Shown piece by piece: positions 9,737-20,651 of a stretch of DNA of 64,000 bases (positions are counted from its first letter, which is position 1; each line of letters starts with the position of its first letter). The position numbers and the translations under genes are program-made. Below the pieces are notes generated by a model. The model did not search any database and had not been told where the DNA came from. It worked only from the letters and a program-made list of their open reading frames with translations. Origin of the DNA: a virus; IMG/VR virus record IMGVR_UViG_3300042465_004012, positions 1 through 64,000 of that record. One strand, written 5' to 3'.

Positions 9737-11450
9737 ATTCAAAAAAATACGTATTAAAAACTTTGGTTCATTTGGTAACTCATTTTCTGAGATTGAGTTG
9801 GATAACTACAAGTTAACTCTTGTAACAGGTACTAATGGACACGGTAAGTCATTTGCATTTTTAGATTCGATAACCTTTGCATTATTTGGTAAGCCATTTC
9901 GTCCTGTAAATATTCCTCAACTCATCAATAGCATTAATAGTAAAAATTGTGTTGTTGAGATTGAATTTTTCAAGGGTAAGACCAAGTATATGGTAAGAAG
10001 GGGATTAGCCCCCAAAATCTTTGAAATCTATAAGGATGACATTTTGTTAGATCAAAATGCCAAATCTAAAGATTATCAGGATATGTTGGAAGAGAATATT
10101 TTAAGCTTTGGTTATGCTGCCTTTAAGCAGGTAGTTATTCTGGGGAAAAGCTCTTTTACGCCCTTCATGCAATTAACCCCCGCAGAGCGCAGAAAGATCA
10201 TAGAAGGGCTCCTGGACCTCGATATCCTTGCTGAAATGGCAACGGTGGTGAAGGGCAAACTCTCAGATCTTAAAGGACACATTCAAACTACTCAAAGTTT
10301 GATGACTATCACAAATGAAAAATTAAAGTCCCAAAAAGAGATTCAAAAGCAAGTTAAACAAAATTATGATGATTTGATAGATCGCAATAATAATAAGATT
10401 GCAGAACTACGAGCAAAGGAGACTACCTTTGTATCTGATTATAATGTTGCAACTAAGACTTTAACCGAATTAAAGACTAAAAGCGCGGAATTAGACAAAA
10501 AAATCTTTAAATTTAAGAATTTTGTTTCTGTAGAAAGTAAATTGTCTGTACAATATGATACGTTATGTGCAGAAATATTAACAACAGAATCACAACAATC
10601 ATGTAGTTGCTGTGGTCAAGAATTGACCGAAGCAGTTAAATGTGAAATTTTGAGCTCTAAGTATAGTAGACGAGACGAGTATAAAACGGCACTGGAAGAG
10701 GTTTCTGTAAAACTCAAAGAACTTACCGAATTGGAGGAAACAAAAGAGGAATTACAGACAGTGTTGAAGAAGGCGGTATTGGACCAGACCATGGCTACTA
10801 GGGAAAAGCAAATTCTTCAGAATCGTATTGAAGAATTGACAGAAGAAAATGCTGATCTCGAAACGAAGCATCTGGACAACAACGAAATTTATGATACAAT
10901 CAAAACTACCGAGCAAGAGATTAAGAGTCAAACGAAAATTTACCAAACAGCAATCAAAGAGCAGATTCATTATGATGTTGTGTATGATCTTCTGCGTGAT
11001 GGCGGCTTAAAAAGTAAGATCATTAGACACTATGTTCCGGTCATCAATAATTTTGTTAATAAATATCTAGAGAAACTGAATCTATATGTTGATTTTAATT
11101 TGAACCAAGAATTCAAAGAAACAATCAAATCAAGATATAGAGATGAGTTTTCCTATCTGTCCTTCTCAGAAGGAGAGAAGCAAAGAATTGATTTAGCGAT
11201 TTTAATGACATGGCGAGAGATAGCAAAGATGAAAAATAGTTTAAACTGCAACCTATTGATATTTGATGAAATACTTGATTCATCATTAGATGCAACAGGA
11301 ACTGAAAACTTCTTAAAGATACTGACTAAAATGAAAAACAAATGTTCAGTTTTTATCATCTCCCATAAGAGTGATCAACTCATTGACAAATTTGATCAAG
11401 GAATACAGATAGAGAAGAAAAATAATTTCTCTAGAATAAAAACAACGTAA
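9729..11450 (+). CDS. gp46: Recombination ATPase gp46 (Rad50-like)
   Basis: Walker A GTNGHGKS, CSCC zinc hook, SFSEGEK signature and LIFDEILDSSLD. Confidence 0.95.
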   Translation: MIEFKKIRIKNFGSFGNSFSEIELDNYKLTLVTGTNGHGKSFAFLDSITFALFGKPFRPVNIPQLINSINSKNCVVEIEFFKGKTKYMVRRGLAPKIFEIYKDDILLDQNAKSKDYQDMLEENILSFGYAAFKQVVILGKSSFTPFMQLTPAERRKIIEGLLDLDILAEMATVVKGKLSDLKGHIQTTQSLMTITNEKLKSQKEIQKQVKQNYDDLIDRNNNKIAELRAKETTFVSDYNVATKTLTELKTKSAELDKKIFKFKNFVSVESKLSVQYDTLCAEILTTESQQSCSCCGQELTEAVKCEILSSKYSRRDEYKTALEEVSVKLKELTELEETKEELQTVLKKAVLDQTMATREKQILQNRIEELTEENADLETKHLDNNEIYDTIKTTEQEIKSQTKIYQTAIKEQIHYDVVYDLLRDGGLKSKIIRHYVPVINNFVNKYLEKLNLYVDFNLNQEFKETIKSRYRDEFSYLSFSEGEKQRIDLAILMTWREIAKMKNSLNCNLLIFDEILDSSLDATGTENFLKILTKMKNKCSVFIISHKSDQLIDKFDQGIQIEKKNNFSRIKTT

Positions 11451-11455
11451 CAGTC

Positions 11456-11644
11456 ATGAACCCAGAAAATTTTGAAAAATTTAATAACCGTCCGAATCAG
11501 AAGATGTTCAAGTCACAAAACGGAAAGAAGCGCAATCAGCGTGAACGTCGTAATAATCGGTATCAAGTAAAAAATATAATAAATGACTTGATTGTTGGTG
11601 TTGATCCAGTGTATAATAAGCCTAATCATAATGACGAAAACTAA
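11456..11644 (+). CDS. Small basic hypothetical protein
   Basis: Fills the gp46-gp45 gap; Arg/Lys/Asn-rich. Confidence 0.55.
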   Translation: MNPENFEKFNNRPNQKMFKSQNGKKRNQRERRNNRYQVKNIINDLIVGVDPVYNKPNHNDEN

Positions 11645-12293
11645 ATTAAAACTCTCGCGTACCACACTCAGTATTCTAAAAAATCTTGCCGGAATTAATT
11701 CCAACTTATTGATTAAGCCGGGTAACGTAATCAAGACTGTTTCACCAAGTAAGACTTTGTTTGTCGAAGCCCAAGTGGAAGAAGACTTTCCAGTTGAGGT
11801 TGCTATCTGGGATCTCGGTCAATTCCTTGGAGTTGTTAGTTTGTTCCAAGATCCAGAGTTTGAATTTGATGATAACTGTGTGACAGTTCAGTCAAACAAC
11901 TCTGCAGTAAAGTATTTCTATTCTGCTCCTGCCCTGTTGACTGTACCTACAAAGAACTTGACTATGCCTGCAGTATTGTATGAGTTCCCACTCACACAGG
12001 CTACCTTTGGTGAACTTAGCAAGGCATCCGCAGTGCTACAGGTTAGTGATCTTGAGATGCGTGGAGAAGACGGTATTGTTTCTCTCACTGTCTCCAAGAA
12101 GAATGACCCGAGTTCCAACTCATATACAGTTAATGTTGGTAAGACTGATGGTGATTTTGCTTATACTCTTGACATGTCAAATCTGAAGTTGCTACAGGGT
12201 GACTACACTGTATCTCTCACTGATACTGTTGTAAGTCGATTTGCACATGATACTATGAGTCTGAATTATTACATCGCCGTCGAAAAGAACTGA
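11631..12293 (+). CDS. gp45: Sliding clamp gp45
   Basis: LSRTTLSILKNLAGINSNLLIK and IWDLGQFL; synteny. Confidence 0.92.
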   Translation: MTKTKLKLSRTTLSILKNLAGINSNLLIKPGNVIKTVSPSKTLFVEAQVEEDFPVEVAIWDLGQFLGVVSLFQDPEFEFDDNCVTVQSNNSAVKYFYSAPALLTVPTKNLTMPAVLYEFPLTQATFGELSKASAVLQVSDLEMRGEDGIVSLTVSKKNDPSSNSYTVNVGKTDGDFAYTLDMSNLKLLQGDYTVSLTDTVVSRFAHDTMSLNYYIAVEKN

Positions 12294-12300
12294 GGTAACT

Positions 12301-13254
12301 GTGACTAATGTTTCCGATATTTCGGATTTGATTTGGGTCGAAAAGTATCGCCCAAAATCAATAAGTGATTGTATTCTTCCTCAGAGCCTCAAAAGCACTT
12401 TTGAAGGAATTGTAAAAAACAAGAAGATGCCCAATTTGATGCTATGTGGTAAACCCGGTACAGGAAAAACCACAGTAGCACGGGCTCTATGCAATGAATT
12501 GGATATTGACTATATTATAATCAACTGCTCTGAGCAGAATGGTATTGATACATTAAGAACCACAATTCGTTCTTATGCATCAACCAAAGCATTGAATGGT
12601 AACAAAAAGGTTATTATTCTTGATGAGTTCGACTATGCAAATCCACAATCCATGCAGCCAGCATTACGTGGTGCAATGGAAGAGTTTGCAGTAAATTGTA
12701 ATTTCATTCTGACCTGCAATTACAAAAGTCGAATTATTGATCCAATTCACAGTCGGTGTACTGTTATTGATTTTGTATTCCCACCAAATGATCGATCTGT
12801 TATTGCATTAAAGATGCTTGGTAGATGTCAGCAGATCCTAAAGTCTGAAAAGATCAAAGGTGAGCCAGAAGTTTTGGCGAGTCTCATTGTCAAACATTTT
12901 CCCGATTTTAGAAGGGTTATCAATGAGATGCAAAGATATTCGGCACATGGTGAGATTGACATTGGTATTCTGACTGACGCAGAAGACAGTAATATCAAAG
13001 AATTGATTTCTTTCATGAAAAAGAAAGACTTTGGTTCTTGCCGTAAGTGGGTTGCAACAAGTTCAGAAACAGGCTCTCCAGATTTTTATAGAAAGATATA
13101 TGATATCCTATATACCTGTCTCAAAAAGCCTTCTATCCCATCAATGATTCTGATTATATCAGATTATCAATACAAATCTGCATTTGTGGCTGATCAAGAA
13201 ATCAATAACATGGCAATGATTTGTCAGTTAATGATGGAATGTGAGTTTGAATAA
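12301..13254 (+). CDS. gp44: Clamp loader large subunit gp44
   Basis: WVEKYRP, GKPGTGKTT, ILDEFD and SRC motif. Confidence 0.95.
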   Translation: MTNVSDISDLIWVEKYRPKSISDCILPQSLKSTFEGIVKNKKMPNLMLCGKPGTGKTTVARALCNELDIDYIIINCSEQNGIDTLRTTIRSYASTKALNGNKKVIILDEFDYANPQSMQPALRGAMEEFAVNCNFILTCNYKSRIIDPIHSRCTVIDFVFPPNDRSVIALKMLGRCQQILKSEKIKGEPEVLASLIVKHFPDFRRVINEMQRYSAHGEIDIGILTDAEDSNIKELISFMKKKDFGSCRKWVATSSETGSPDFYRKIYDILYTCLKKPSIPSMILIISDYQYKSAFVADQEINNMAMICQLMMECEFE

Positions 13255-13634
13255 TGCAATTAAAAGACTTTCTGAATAGTATCAATTCATCTAAAGAAAA
13301 CCTATTAGATGCAGACGTTAAGTCAGAAAAACTATATCTTCCGTTTATTGTAAATAAATGCTTATCATATTTTCCTGATACATTGTTTACTGTAAATCAG
13401 ATCAATCAGGTACCACATATTGACAAAAAAATGCAATATGACTATCTGCTGCATTCTATAAGAGCAAAGAAGCGGTTTGCCCCTTGGACTAAAAAGATAG
13501 AGGATTCTAAGATTGAGTTATTAAAACAAGCCTATCATATATCGGAAAAGAAAGCATTAGAAATAGCAGATTTGATCAATGAAGATCAATTAGCTGAAAT
13601 TCTGCAATCCCAATATACTGGCGGACATAAATAA
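13254..13634 (+). CDS. gp62: Clamp loader small subunit gp62
   Basis: YLPFIVNKCLSYFPDT and QYDYLLHSIRAKKRFAPW. Confidence 0.9.
   Translation: MQLKDFLNSINSSKENLLDADVKSEKLYLPFIVNKCLSYFPDTLFTVNQINQVPHIDKKMQYDYLLHSIRAKKRFAPWTKKIEDSKIELLKQAYHISEKKALEIADLINEDQLAEILQSQYTGGHK
13626..13633 (+). promoter_or_regulatory. T4-type late promoter upstream of regA and the GT2-TPR gene
   Basis: CATAAATA, followed by SD GAGGAG at 13645-13650. Confidence 0.5.
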
Positions 13635-13655
13635 CTCTGTTACTGAGGAGTTATT

Positions 13656-14078
13656 ATGTCGATTAATAATGATATATTTAAAGGGGTGGGTGTCCCTGTC
13701 AAACTTTTAAAACCAGATAATTATTTGGTAATCAAAGAAACCCTTGAGCGTATTGGGGTTAGTCCCAAAAATAAAAAAGTTCTTTATCAGTCATGTCACA
13801 TTCTTCATAAAAATAATAATTACATAATTGCTCATTTTAAAGAATTATTTAAATTAGATAATTTAAAATCAGAAGTATCAGAAGAAGATATCTCTCGTCG
13901 TAACGCGATTATTAATTTATTAGAAGAATGGGATCTGATTGAAGTTCTTGATGAGAGTTTGATGGAAAATATCATGCCAATTAATGGACTGAAAATTCTT
14001 CAGTATAGTGAAAGAGATACATGGGATCTTATCCCAAAATTTAATACAGGAACCCTTAGGAAATTTTTCTCGGAGTGA
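13656..14078 (+). CDS. regA: Translational repressor RegA
   Basis: IKETLERIG, LYQSCHILHK, YIIAHFKELF and RRNAIINLLEEW. Confidence 0.93.
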   Translation: MSINNDIFKGVGVPVKLLKPDNYLVIKETLERIGVSPKNKKVLYQSCHILHKNNNYIIAHFKELFKLDNLKSEVSEEDISRRNAIINLLEEWDLIEVLDESLMENIMPINGLKILQYSERDTWDLIPKFNTGTLRKFFSE

Positions 14079-14081
14079 ACA

Positions 14082-15362
14082 ATGCATAAAATTACACTGT
14101 GTATGATCGTAAAAAACGAATCGCATATTATTAAAGAATGTTTGGAGTCAGTTGCAAAGTATATTGATTATTATGTAATCTGTGATACTGGATCAACTGA
14201 TGAGACCAAGACTATTATTAAAGAGTATTTTGATTCAGTCAATATTCCCGGCGAAATCCATGATCACGAATGGGTTGATTTCGGATTTAATAGAACAAAA
14301 GCATTTGACCAATGCCGTGGAAAGACGAAGTGGGTCTTGATGATTGATGCTGATGATTATATTGAAGGTAATATGCCTACAAACTTCGATGATACAATTG
14401 ATGGTTATTCCGTCAATATCATGAGAGGTAATTTTCAGTGGAAGCGTGTTCAAATTTTTAATCTTAATAATAAGCACTGGAAATACGAAGAACCAATTCA
14501 CGAATACCCAATTGCTGAACTTCCAATGAATGTACATCACTTAAATGGTGAATATGCATTCCAAGTTCGCACAGCAGGATATCGTACAATTTCTTGTGCA
14601 ACTCAACAAGAAAAATATTGGAAAGATTATCTTCTATTAGAAGCAGCGTTACTTAAAGATCCAACATCTTTACGTAAACAATTCTATCTAGCACAATCAG
14701 CATTTGATTGCCAAAAGTTTGATTTGGCTGAACAAGCTTACCAGAAGCGTGTTGACATGGGTGGATGGAATGAAGAAGTTTTCTTTTCTCAACTTCGTGT
14801 AGCCTTTTGCAGAGAACTGCAAGGTAAACCTGTTGAAGAAGTTGCAGATGCTTTTCTGAAGTCATGGGAAATTAGACCATCAAGAGCAGAACCTCTTTAT
14901 CATCTATCTTGTGTCTATCGAAAACACGGAAGACCAGCCCCAGCATTTATGGCTGCTGTTCAAGCGTTGTCAATACCAAAACCAGAAAATGATATTTTGT
15001 TTGTAGATGCTGATCCATATGTATGGGGAATTTTAGATGAAATTACTTCTACTGCACACAGTGTAGGTAAATTTCATTTAGGATTACAGGCTGCAGATAG
15101 ACTGTTAAACGAAAGTCTGATTCCACCGGATCAAATTGAAAGAATTCAAAAGAATCGGCAAGCCTATTACAATAAAGTTATAGAGATTCAGGCACACATT
15201 GCTGAACAAAATAAAGTAAAACTTGAAGCGCAAGCTAAAGTAGATACTAAAGTTATTCCATCTACAACATTGAGTTTGACAAAACCAACTGTAAGTATGT
15301 CACCTCCAACAAAAGTATATGGACAAGAACATAAATTCAAGAAAAAGAGAGTTAAAAAATAG
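14082..15362 (+). CDS. GT2 glycosyltransferase with TPR repeats (protein O-glycosyltransferase-like)
   Basis: LCMIVKNE, DTGSTD, IDADD and IHE motifs; C-terminal FYLAQS and RPSRAEPLY TPR helices. Confidence 0.88.
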   Translation: MHKITLCMIVKNESHIIKECLESVAKYIDYYVICDTGSTDETKTIIKEYFDSVNIPGEIHDHEWVDFGFNRTKAFDQCRGKTKWVLMIDADDYIEGNMPTNFDDTIDGYSVNIMRGNFQWKRVQIFNLNNKHWKYEEPIHEYPIAELPMNVHHLNGEYAFQVRTAGYRTISCATQQEKYWKDYLLLEAALLKDPTSLRKQFYLAQSAFDCQKFDLAEQAYQKRVDMGGWNEEVFFSQLRVAFCRELQGKPVEEVADAFLKSWEIRPSRAEPLYHLSCVYRKHGRPAPAFMAAVQALSIPKPENDILFVDADPYVWGILDEITSTAHSVGKFHLGLQAADRLLNESLIPPDQIERIQKNRQAYYNKVIEIQAHIAEQNKVKLEAQAKVDTKVIPSTTLSLTKPTVSMSPPTKVYGQEHKFKKKRVKK

Positions 15363-15406
15363 TATCTAGTACAATCTAAATATTATACTAAGCCATACAT
15401 TTATGT

Positions 15407-17446
15407 ATGGCTAGTTCTTTTAATACCATGTATGATATATCTAAATCTCTTAAGTTAATAAAAGATCACCCATTACTTTTGATGGGTGCTACTTATTATA
15501 TTACCGAGAGTAATTCAAACGCAAAGATAATCAAAGTTGGTTCAGGTATTACAAAACTTTATATTCGTGATGAATATGGAGAGAATTATTTACTTGAAGG
15601 TAATGCAAACAGAATTAAAGAATTGTTTCAAGCAATTATGTTGTTTGAAAATATGGAAGGTGAAATTTACAAACTCAAGAGACCAATTGGTTCACTACAC
15701 CAAAATGTTCTTATTAAAGAAATTTCTGCTATTACAGCAGATGAAAATATCTATGTTGGTGGTGGAGTCACAGAACGTTACTTTATTGAAAAAAATAATA
15801 ATAAAGTTATTAAGTTTATTGGAAATTCTACACAAATCAAATATTTGTTTGAAAAAGTAGAACCACTTGTAGAACACAAAATTACTCCAGTCAAAATTAT
15901 TGAAAAACCTGTTGTTCGTCTTGTTGAAAAAACTATTCTACGAGAAACTATTCCTCAAATTGGATCACAAGGTGAAATGGGTCCAACGGGTATTATTGGT
16001 GCTCGTGGTGAAAAGGGAGACACCGGAGAAAAAGGAGATAAAGGTGACCAAGGAAACAAAGGCGATCAAGGAGAAATTGGACCCGTTGGTGAAATTGGTC
16101 CACCTGGTATACAAGGTGTTCAAGGAATACAAGGTCCACATGGACAAGATGGTAGTATCGGTCCTCAAGGTGATGTTGGACCTCAAGGACTGGTTGGTCC
16201 TCAAGGTATCCAAGGTAAACCAGGATCGAATGGACAGAATGGCAAAGATGGAATCCAGGGCGCGATTGGACCTCAAGGTCCGATGGGCGAAAAAGGAGAT
16301 CGCGGAGAGAAAGGCGAAAAGGGAGATCGAGGCCAAAATGGAAATCAAGGAATCTCAGGAGTCGCCGGTGCCGTTGGTCAAAAAGGCGAGAAGGGTGACA
16401 AAGGAGATAAAGGAGATATAGGAGTATCCCCTGTTATAACAGCTGAATATCCTGTTATATTAAAAGAAGGAAAAATTTCTTTTGATGCTCAAAAGTTGAC
16501 TTCTTTACTTGATCAATTTAAAAATCAAGATATACAAAAAGCCATTGATAGTTTTGCAAAAACTGCTACACCTGGTGGGGGTGGTTTGGGTATTCTATTC
16601 TTAGGATCCAGAGTTTTAAAATCAGTTAATGATATTAATTTTACTGGTAGTGGTGTTACCGTTATACAACGTGGTAAGGGTGTAGAAGTAAATATTTCTG
16701 GTGGTGGTGGTGGTGGAGATGTAAACCAATTGATTGCTGGTGCAGGAATTACTTTAAGTCCTCCCGGTGGCACTGGTAGCGTTACAATTACTAATCTGCT
16801 TTCATTAAAAGCAGTTCCAGGTGCAATTCAATTTGCTAATGATGATGTTAATGATTTGGCAGCAAATCAGTATTTAAAATTTGATGTTAATAATACAACT
16901 TTAGAAGTACCTTCAATTTTAAAATTAACTGGAGTAAGTAGTTTACCAGCATATATTGAATTTAAAAATGGTACATTACAAGAGACTGCACCAAATACTT
17001 TTACATATGGTGTAACTGCAGCAGCCGGATTCACTCAGGGTGATCGGTGGATGTCTTCCGATACTGGTATTGAATATGTGTATGTTAATGATGGCAATAG
17101 TCCACAGTGGGTTCAGCCAACTAATACAAGCAGCAATTCTACTCCAGTTTCAATTTTAGGAACAGTTGGTGTCACGGGAGCAACTTATACAGCATCTGTG
17201 GTTGATTATTATATTGGTGTTAGTTATGCAGGACCAGTTACAGTAACACTTCCAGTTGCTCCAGAAACTGGAAGAGAAATTGTTGTTAAAGATGAATCTG
17301 GTAATGCGGGTAATGGAGTTACACGTCAGATTACAATAGTTGGTGCAACATCTGCACACAAGATAGATAATCAAAGTTCAGCAATAATTAATTTAGACAA
17401 TGCAGCACTGCATTTTCTTTATAGAAACGGATGGAGAATAATATGA
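15407..17446 (+). CDS. Collagen-like virion fibre protein
   Basis: Long G-X-Y run at ~15960-16425, poly-Gly hinge, GDRW..DTG module and C-terminal VTLP...VKDESG domain. Confidence 0.8.
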   Translation: MASSFNTMYDISKSLKLIKDHPLLLMGATYYITESNSNAKIIKVGSGITKLYIRDEYGENYLLEGNANRIKELFQAIMLFENMEGEIYKLKRPIGSLHQNVLIKEISAITADENIYVGGGVTERYFIEKNNNKVIKFIGNSTQIKYLFEKVEPLVEHKITPVKIIEKPVVRLVEKTILRETIPQIGSQGEMGPTGIIGARGEKGDTGEKGDKGDQGNKGDQGEIGPVGEIGPPGIQGVQGIQGPHGQDGSIGPQGDVGPQGLVGPQGIQGKPGSNGQNGKDGIQGAIGPQGPMGEKGDRGEKGEKGDRGQNGNQGISGVAGAVGQKGEKGDKGDKGDIGVSPVITAEYPVILKEGKISFDAQKLTSLLDQFKNQDIQKAIDSFAKTATPGGGGLGILFLGSRVLKSVNDINFTGSGVTVIQRGKGVEVNISGGGGGGDVNQLIAGAGITLSPPGGTGSVTITNLLSLKAVPGAIQFANDDVNDLAANQYLKFDVNNTTLEVPSILKLTGVSSLPAYIEFKNGTLQETAPNTFTYGVTAAAGFTQGDRWMSSDTGIEYVYVNDGNSPQWVQPTNTSSNSTPVSILGTVGVTGATYTASVVDYYIGVSYAGPVTVTLPVAPETGREIVVKDESGNAGNGVTRQITIVGATSAHKIDNQSSAIINLDNAALHFLYRNGWRII

Positions 17447-18678
17447 GTTACTTATTTAATGATACTGTTGGGTTCAAAGCAGATGCAGTGGATGCATTTA
17501 ATCGTCTTAAAGTTGCTAACCCATTCACAATCTTTGACAGTCAAAATAGATATCAACCCAATGACAAATGGGATTCCTTTGGTGTCACAGGTGGTACATA
17601 TTCTTATGCAATTACTGAAAGCGCACTAAACTTAATTGTTGGAACTACATTGGGTTCAAAATTTTCAAGAGAGACTAAAAGAGTATTTCCATACCAGCCT
17701 GGTAAATCTCTTTTGGTTCTAAACACATTTGCATTTAATCAACCAAAAGAAGGACTAAGACAAAGAATTGGATACTTCGGGCTTACTGGTGGTGCAACTT
17801 CTGGTGTTCCATATAATGGTGTATATCTTCAACAAAGTGGTCTGACATTAAGTATCGTAATGTCATCAGCATCATTAAATACCACAACTACAGTAAATCA
17901 AGCAGACTGGAACGGAGATAAGTTTAATGGAACTGGTGCTTCTGGACGTAACTTAGATGTTTCAAAAGCAAATATTTTATGGATGGATTTTGAATGGCTT
18001 GGTGTAGGTGATGTTCGTACAGGTTTCTTTGTTGATGGTAAACCTGTAATAGCACACACATTCCATAATGATAATATAAACACAACGACTTATATGACCA
18101 CAGCATGTCTTCCAATTCGTTATGAACTTGAGAATTTAACAGGTCAAACAGGAAGCAGTCAAGTAAAACAAATTTGTTCTTCTGTTATTTCAGATGGTGG
18201 ATATGAAGGTTTTAGCAGAAGGCATAACGTAACTCATAGTGGGTATTTAGCACATACATTGCCTACTCCAGGAGTATTGTATCCATTAATTGCTTTGAGA
18301 CTTAATTCTAGTAGACTCGATTCTATTATTATTCCATCAAATGTTTCTACAGCATTAGAACAAACTGGATCAAATAAACCAAACACGGTGCAATATAGAA
18401 TTCTACTAAATCCTACATTAACAGGAAATACTTGGACAACACATTATAGTGGAAATGTTGATTATAATATTACTGCTACAGGAGTTACTGGTGGAACTGA
18501 TATTGTTGGTGGGTACATTACCAGTGATGGAGCATTTACTATTGGTGAGGTAAATAGTTTTAATTTTCAATTAGGTAGAACTCAAGCAGGAGTCAGTGAT
18601 ATTATCTGTCTAGTTTTTATTCCCATTAATGCCAATTCCAACGTTTTCTCAGATTTTTCATGGTATGAAATCATCTAA
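17443..18678 (+). CDS. Virion structural protein (DAFxRLxVxNP family)
   Basis: DAFNRLKVANPFTIFDS, FPYQPGKS and FEWLGVGDVRTGF, a pattern I associate with aquatic T4-like tail regions. Confidence 0.65.
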   Translation: MSYLFNDTVGFKADAVDAFNRLKVANPFTIFDSQNRYQPNDKWDSFGVTGGTYSYAITESALNLIVGTTLGSKFSRETKRVFPYQPGKSLLVLNTFAFNQPKEGLRQRIGYFGLTGGATSGVPYNGVYLQQSGLTLSIVMSSASLNTTTTVNQADWNGDKFNGTGASGRNLDVSKANILWMDFEWLGVGDVRTGFFVDGKPVIAHTFHNDNINTTTYMTTACLPIRYELENLTGQTGSSQVKQICSSVISDGGYEGFSRRHNVTHSGYLAHTLPTPGVLYPLIALRLNSSRLDSIIIPSNVSTALEQTGSNKPNTVQYRILLNPTLTGNTWTTHYSGNVDYNITATGVTGGTDIVGGYITSDGAFTIGEVNSFNFQLGRTQAGVSDIICLVFIPINANSNVFSDFSWYEII

Positions 18679-18688
18679 GTATTAACAC

Positions 18689-19762
18689 ATGGCACTAGAT
18701 TTCCCTACATCACCAGCACTGAATGAAATATACACTTCTGGTGTTTTTTCATGGAAATGGAATGGTAGTGCTTGGAATGTTTATAACACGACTACCGCCA
18801 CTATCGGAGCTACCGGAGCTACCGGTCCTCAAGGTAATACTGGTGGTACTGGTCCTCAAGGTATTCAAGGTAATACTGGTGCAACTGGTAACACGGGTGC
18901 TACCGGTCCTCAAGGTAATACTGGTGCTACTGGTCCTCAAGGTAATACTGGTACCAATGGAACAATTGGTATAAATGGTAACACTGGTGCTACTGGTCCA
19001 ACAGGTCCTCAAGGTATCTCAGGTGCAATAAGTTTCACCTCATCAACCACAGCACCAGCAGGAGCCACATACGGTGATATGTGGTTCAACACCACAAGCG
19101 GAAATATATTTGTTTATATTACAGACGGAACATCTTCCTATTGGGTTGAACCATTTGGTCCTCAAGGAGCAACTGGTGCGGCAGGGATTGGTGATGCAAA
19201 TGGAGCAACTGGTCCTCAAGGTAACACAGGAGCAACTGGTCCTCAAGGTGCAACAGGATCGCAAGGTGCAACAGGTGCTACTGGTGCAACGGGTTCTCAA
19301 GGTGCAACTGGTCCTCAAGGTGCAACAGGTGCTACTGGTGCAACGGGTTCTCAAGGTGCAACTGGTCCTCAAGGTGCAACAGGTGCTACTGGTGCAACGG
19401 GTTCTCAAGGTGCAACTGGTCCTCAAGGTGCAACAGGATCGCAAGGTGCAACGGGTTCTCAAGGTGCAACAGGTGCTACTGGTGCAACGGGTTCTCAAGG
19501 TGCAACTGGTCCTCAAGGTGCAACAGGATCGCAAGGCAACACAGGTGATACTGGTTCAACAGGACCGCAAGGCAACACGGGTGCAACTGGTTCAACAGGA
19601 CCGCAAGGCAACACGGGTGCAACTGGTCCTCAGGGTGTAACAGGTGCTACTGGTCCTCAAGGTGCGACTGGTCCTGTTGGAGACTATGTAATCTCAGTCA
19701 ACGGTATGACAGGAGCAGTTCAATACATCACGGACTTCAAGAGAGGATGGTTCATGTTATGA
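18689..19762 (+). CDS. Collagen-like fibre with Thr-rich GAT/GNT/GPQ repeats
   Basis: DFPxSP...WxWNGxAW N-module, two collagen tracts and a [14 protein letters not shown] module. Confidence 0.8.
   Translation: MALDFPTSPALNEIYTSGVFSWKWNGSAWNVYNTTTATIGATGATGPQGNTGGTGPQGIQGNTGATGNTGATGPQGNTGATGPQGNTGTNGTIGINGNTGATGPTGPQGISGAISFTSSTTAPAGATYGDMWFNTTSGNIFVYITDGTSSYWVEPFGPQGATGAAGIGDANGATGPQGNTGATGPQGATGSQGATGATGATGSQGATGPQGATGATGATGSQGATGPQGATGATGATGSQGATGPQGATGSQGATGSQGATGATGATGSQGATGPQGATGSQGNTGDTGSTGPQGNTGATGSTGPQGNTGATGPQGVTGATGPQGATGPVGDYVISVNGMTGAVQYITDFKRGWFML
19200..19680 (+). repeat. Tandem 9-nt-unit collagen-coding repeats
   Basis: ggtgcaact, ggtcctcaa and ggttctcaa units, with near-exact longer blocks repeated. 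Confidence 0.9.
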
Positions 19763-20646
19763 GGCGATGGAGACTCAATTCAGGATACTGCGGCAACACA
19801 GACCAACGCCGTACCACAGCAGGAACAATTCCTGCTATGAAGCATTACATGGAGAGGGATTTGGGGTTGTTTAGCACGCTTTGGACTCCCCAACAAATCT
19901 CAACAGTATTTTGGTTGGATGCTGCACAATCTTCAACCCTCACAATTTCTACAGGTGTTTCCACATGGGCTGATAGAAAAGGTGGTGGAGTAAATGCTGT
20001 GCAAGCAACATCAGCAAATCAACCAGCATACTCTGCAACCGCCTTTCCTGGTTCATTGCCTGGAGTTTTGTTTGATGGTTCCAACGATGCTATGGATATT
20101 TCCACCACAGCAATGCAAAATCAAACACACGGAGTGTATTGGGTATGGTCAAGAAGTGGAGCAGGAAGTGTTGGTGATGCCTATAAACCATCAATAGGCG
20201 TTTTGGCTTCAGCAGGACAAGGAACAGATCGTGGAGCCTTACACTATGTAAAAAACACTAATAATTTTGGTGCTTGCTATCCATATTACCAAGGGGCTGC
20301 ATTAGCAAATTATGATTTGAGTAGCGGAACTGCATATTCCAATAATGTTGGTAACATAATGGCATTTCAAAGCAATACCACGGGATGGGGTGTGTGGAGA
20401 AACGGAACCTTGGAAAGCACCACTAACACTATTGCAACACCAGACAACACCAATGTTGGTTATTCATTAGCAAGACAATATACTGTCAATAGAGCATCCA
20501 ACATAGTAATTGCAGAGGTCATAATGGTGCAATCTACAAACACCACGACCAGACAACTCATTGAAGGCTATCTTGCATGGAAATGGGGACTGCAAGGCAG
20601 TCTTCCTGTGGGTCATCCGTATCTAAACTCAGCACCAACAGCATAA
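19759..20646 (+). CDS. Putative fibre tip with LamG/lectin-like domain
   Basis: WLDAA...WADR, FDGSND and [11 protein letters not shown]; ATGA overlap with the upstream gene. Confidence 0.65.
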   Translation: MRRWRLNSGYCGNTDQRRTTAGTIPAMKHYMERDLGLFSTLWTPQQISTVFWLDAAQSSTLTISTGVSTWADRKGGGVNAVQATSANQPAYSATAFPGSLPGVLFDGSNDAMDISTTAMQNQTHGVYWVWSRSGAGSVGDAYKPSIGVLASAGQGTDRGALHYVKNTNNFGACYPYYQGAALANYDLSSGTAYSNNVGNIMAFQSNTTGWGVWRNGTLESTTNTIATPDNTNVGYSLARQYTVNRASNIVIAEVIMVQSTNTTTRQLIEGYLAWKWGLQGSLPVGHPYLNSAPTA

Positions 20647-20651
20647 ACACC

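Noticed and set aside
14082-15362. Glycosyltransferase as a T4-type DNA glucosyltransferase
   Set aside because: The GT2-TPR architecture differs from the GT-B alpha/beta glucosyltransferases, and no dCMP hydroxymethylase is visible in the window.
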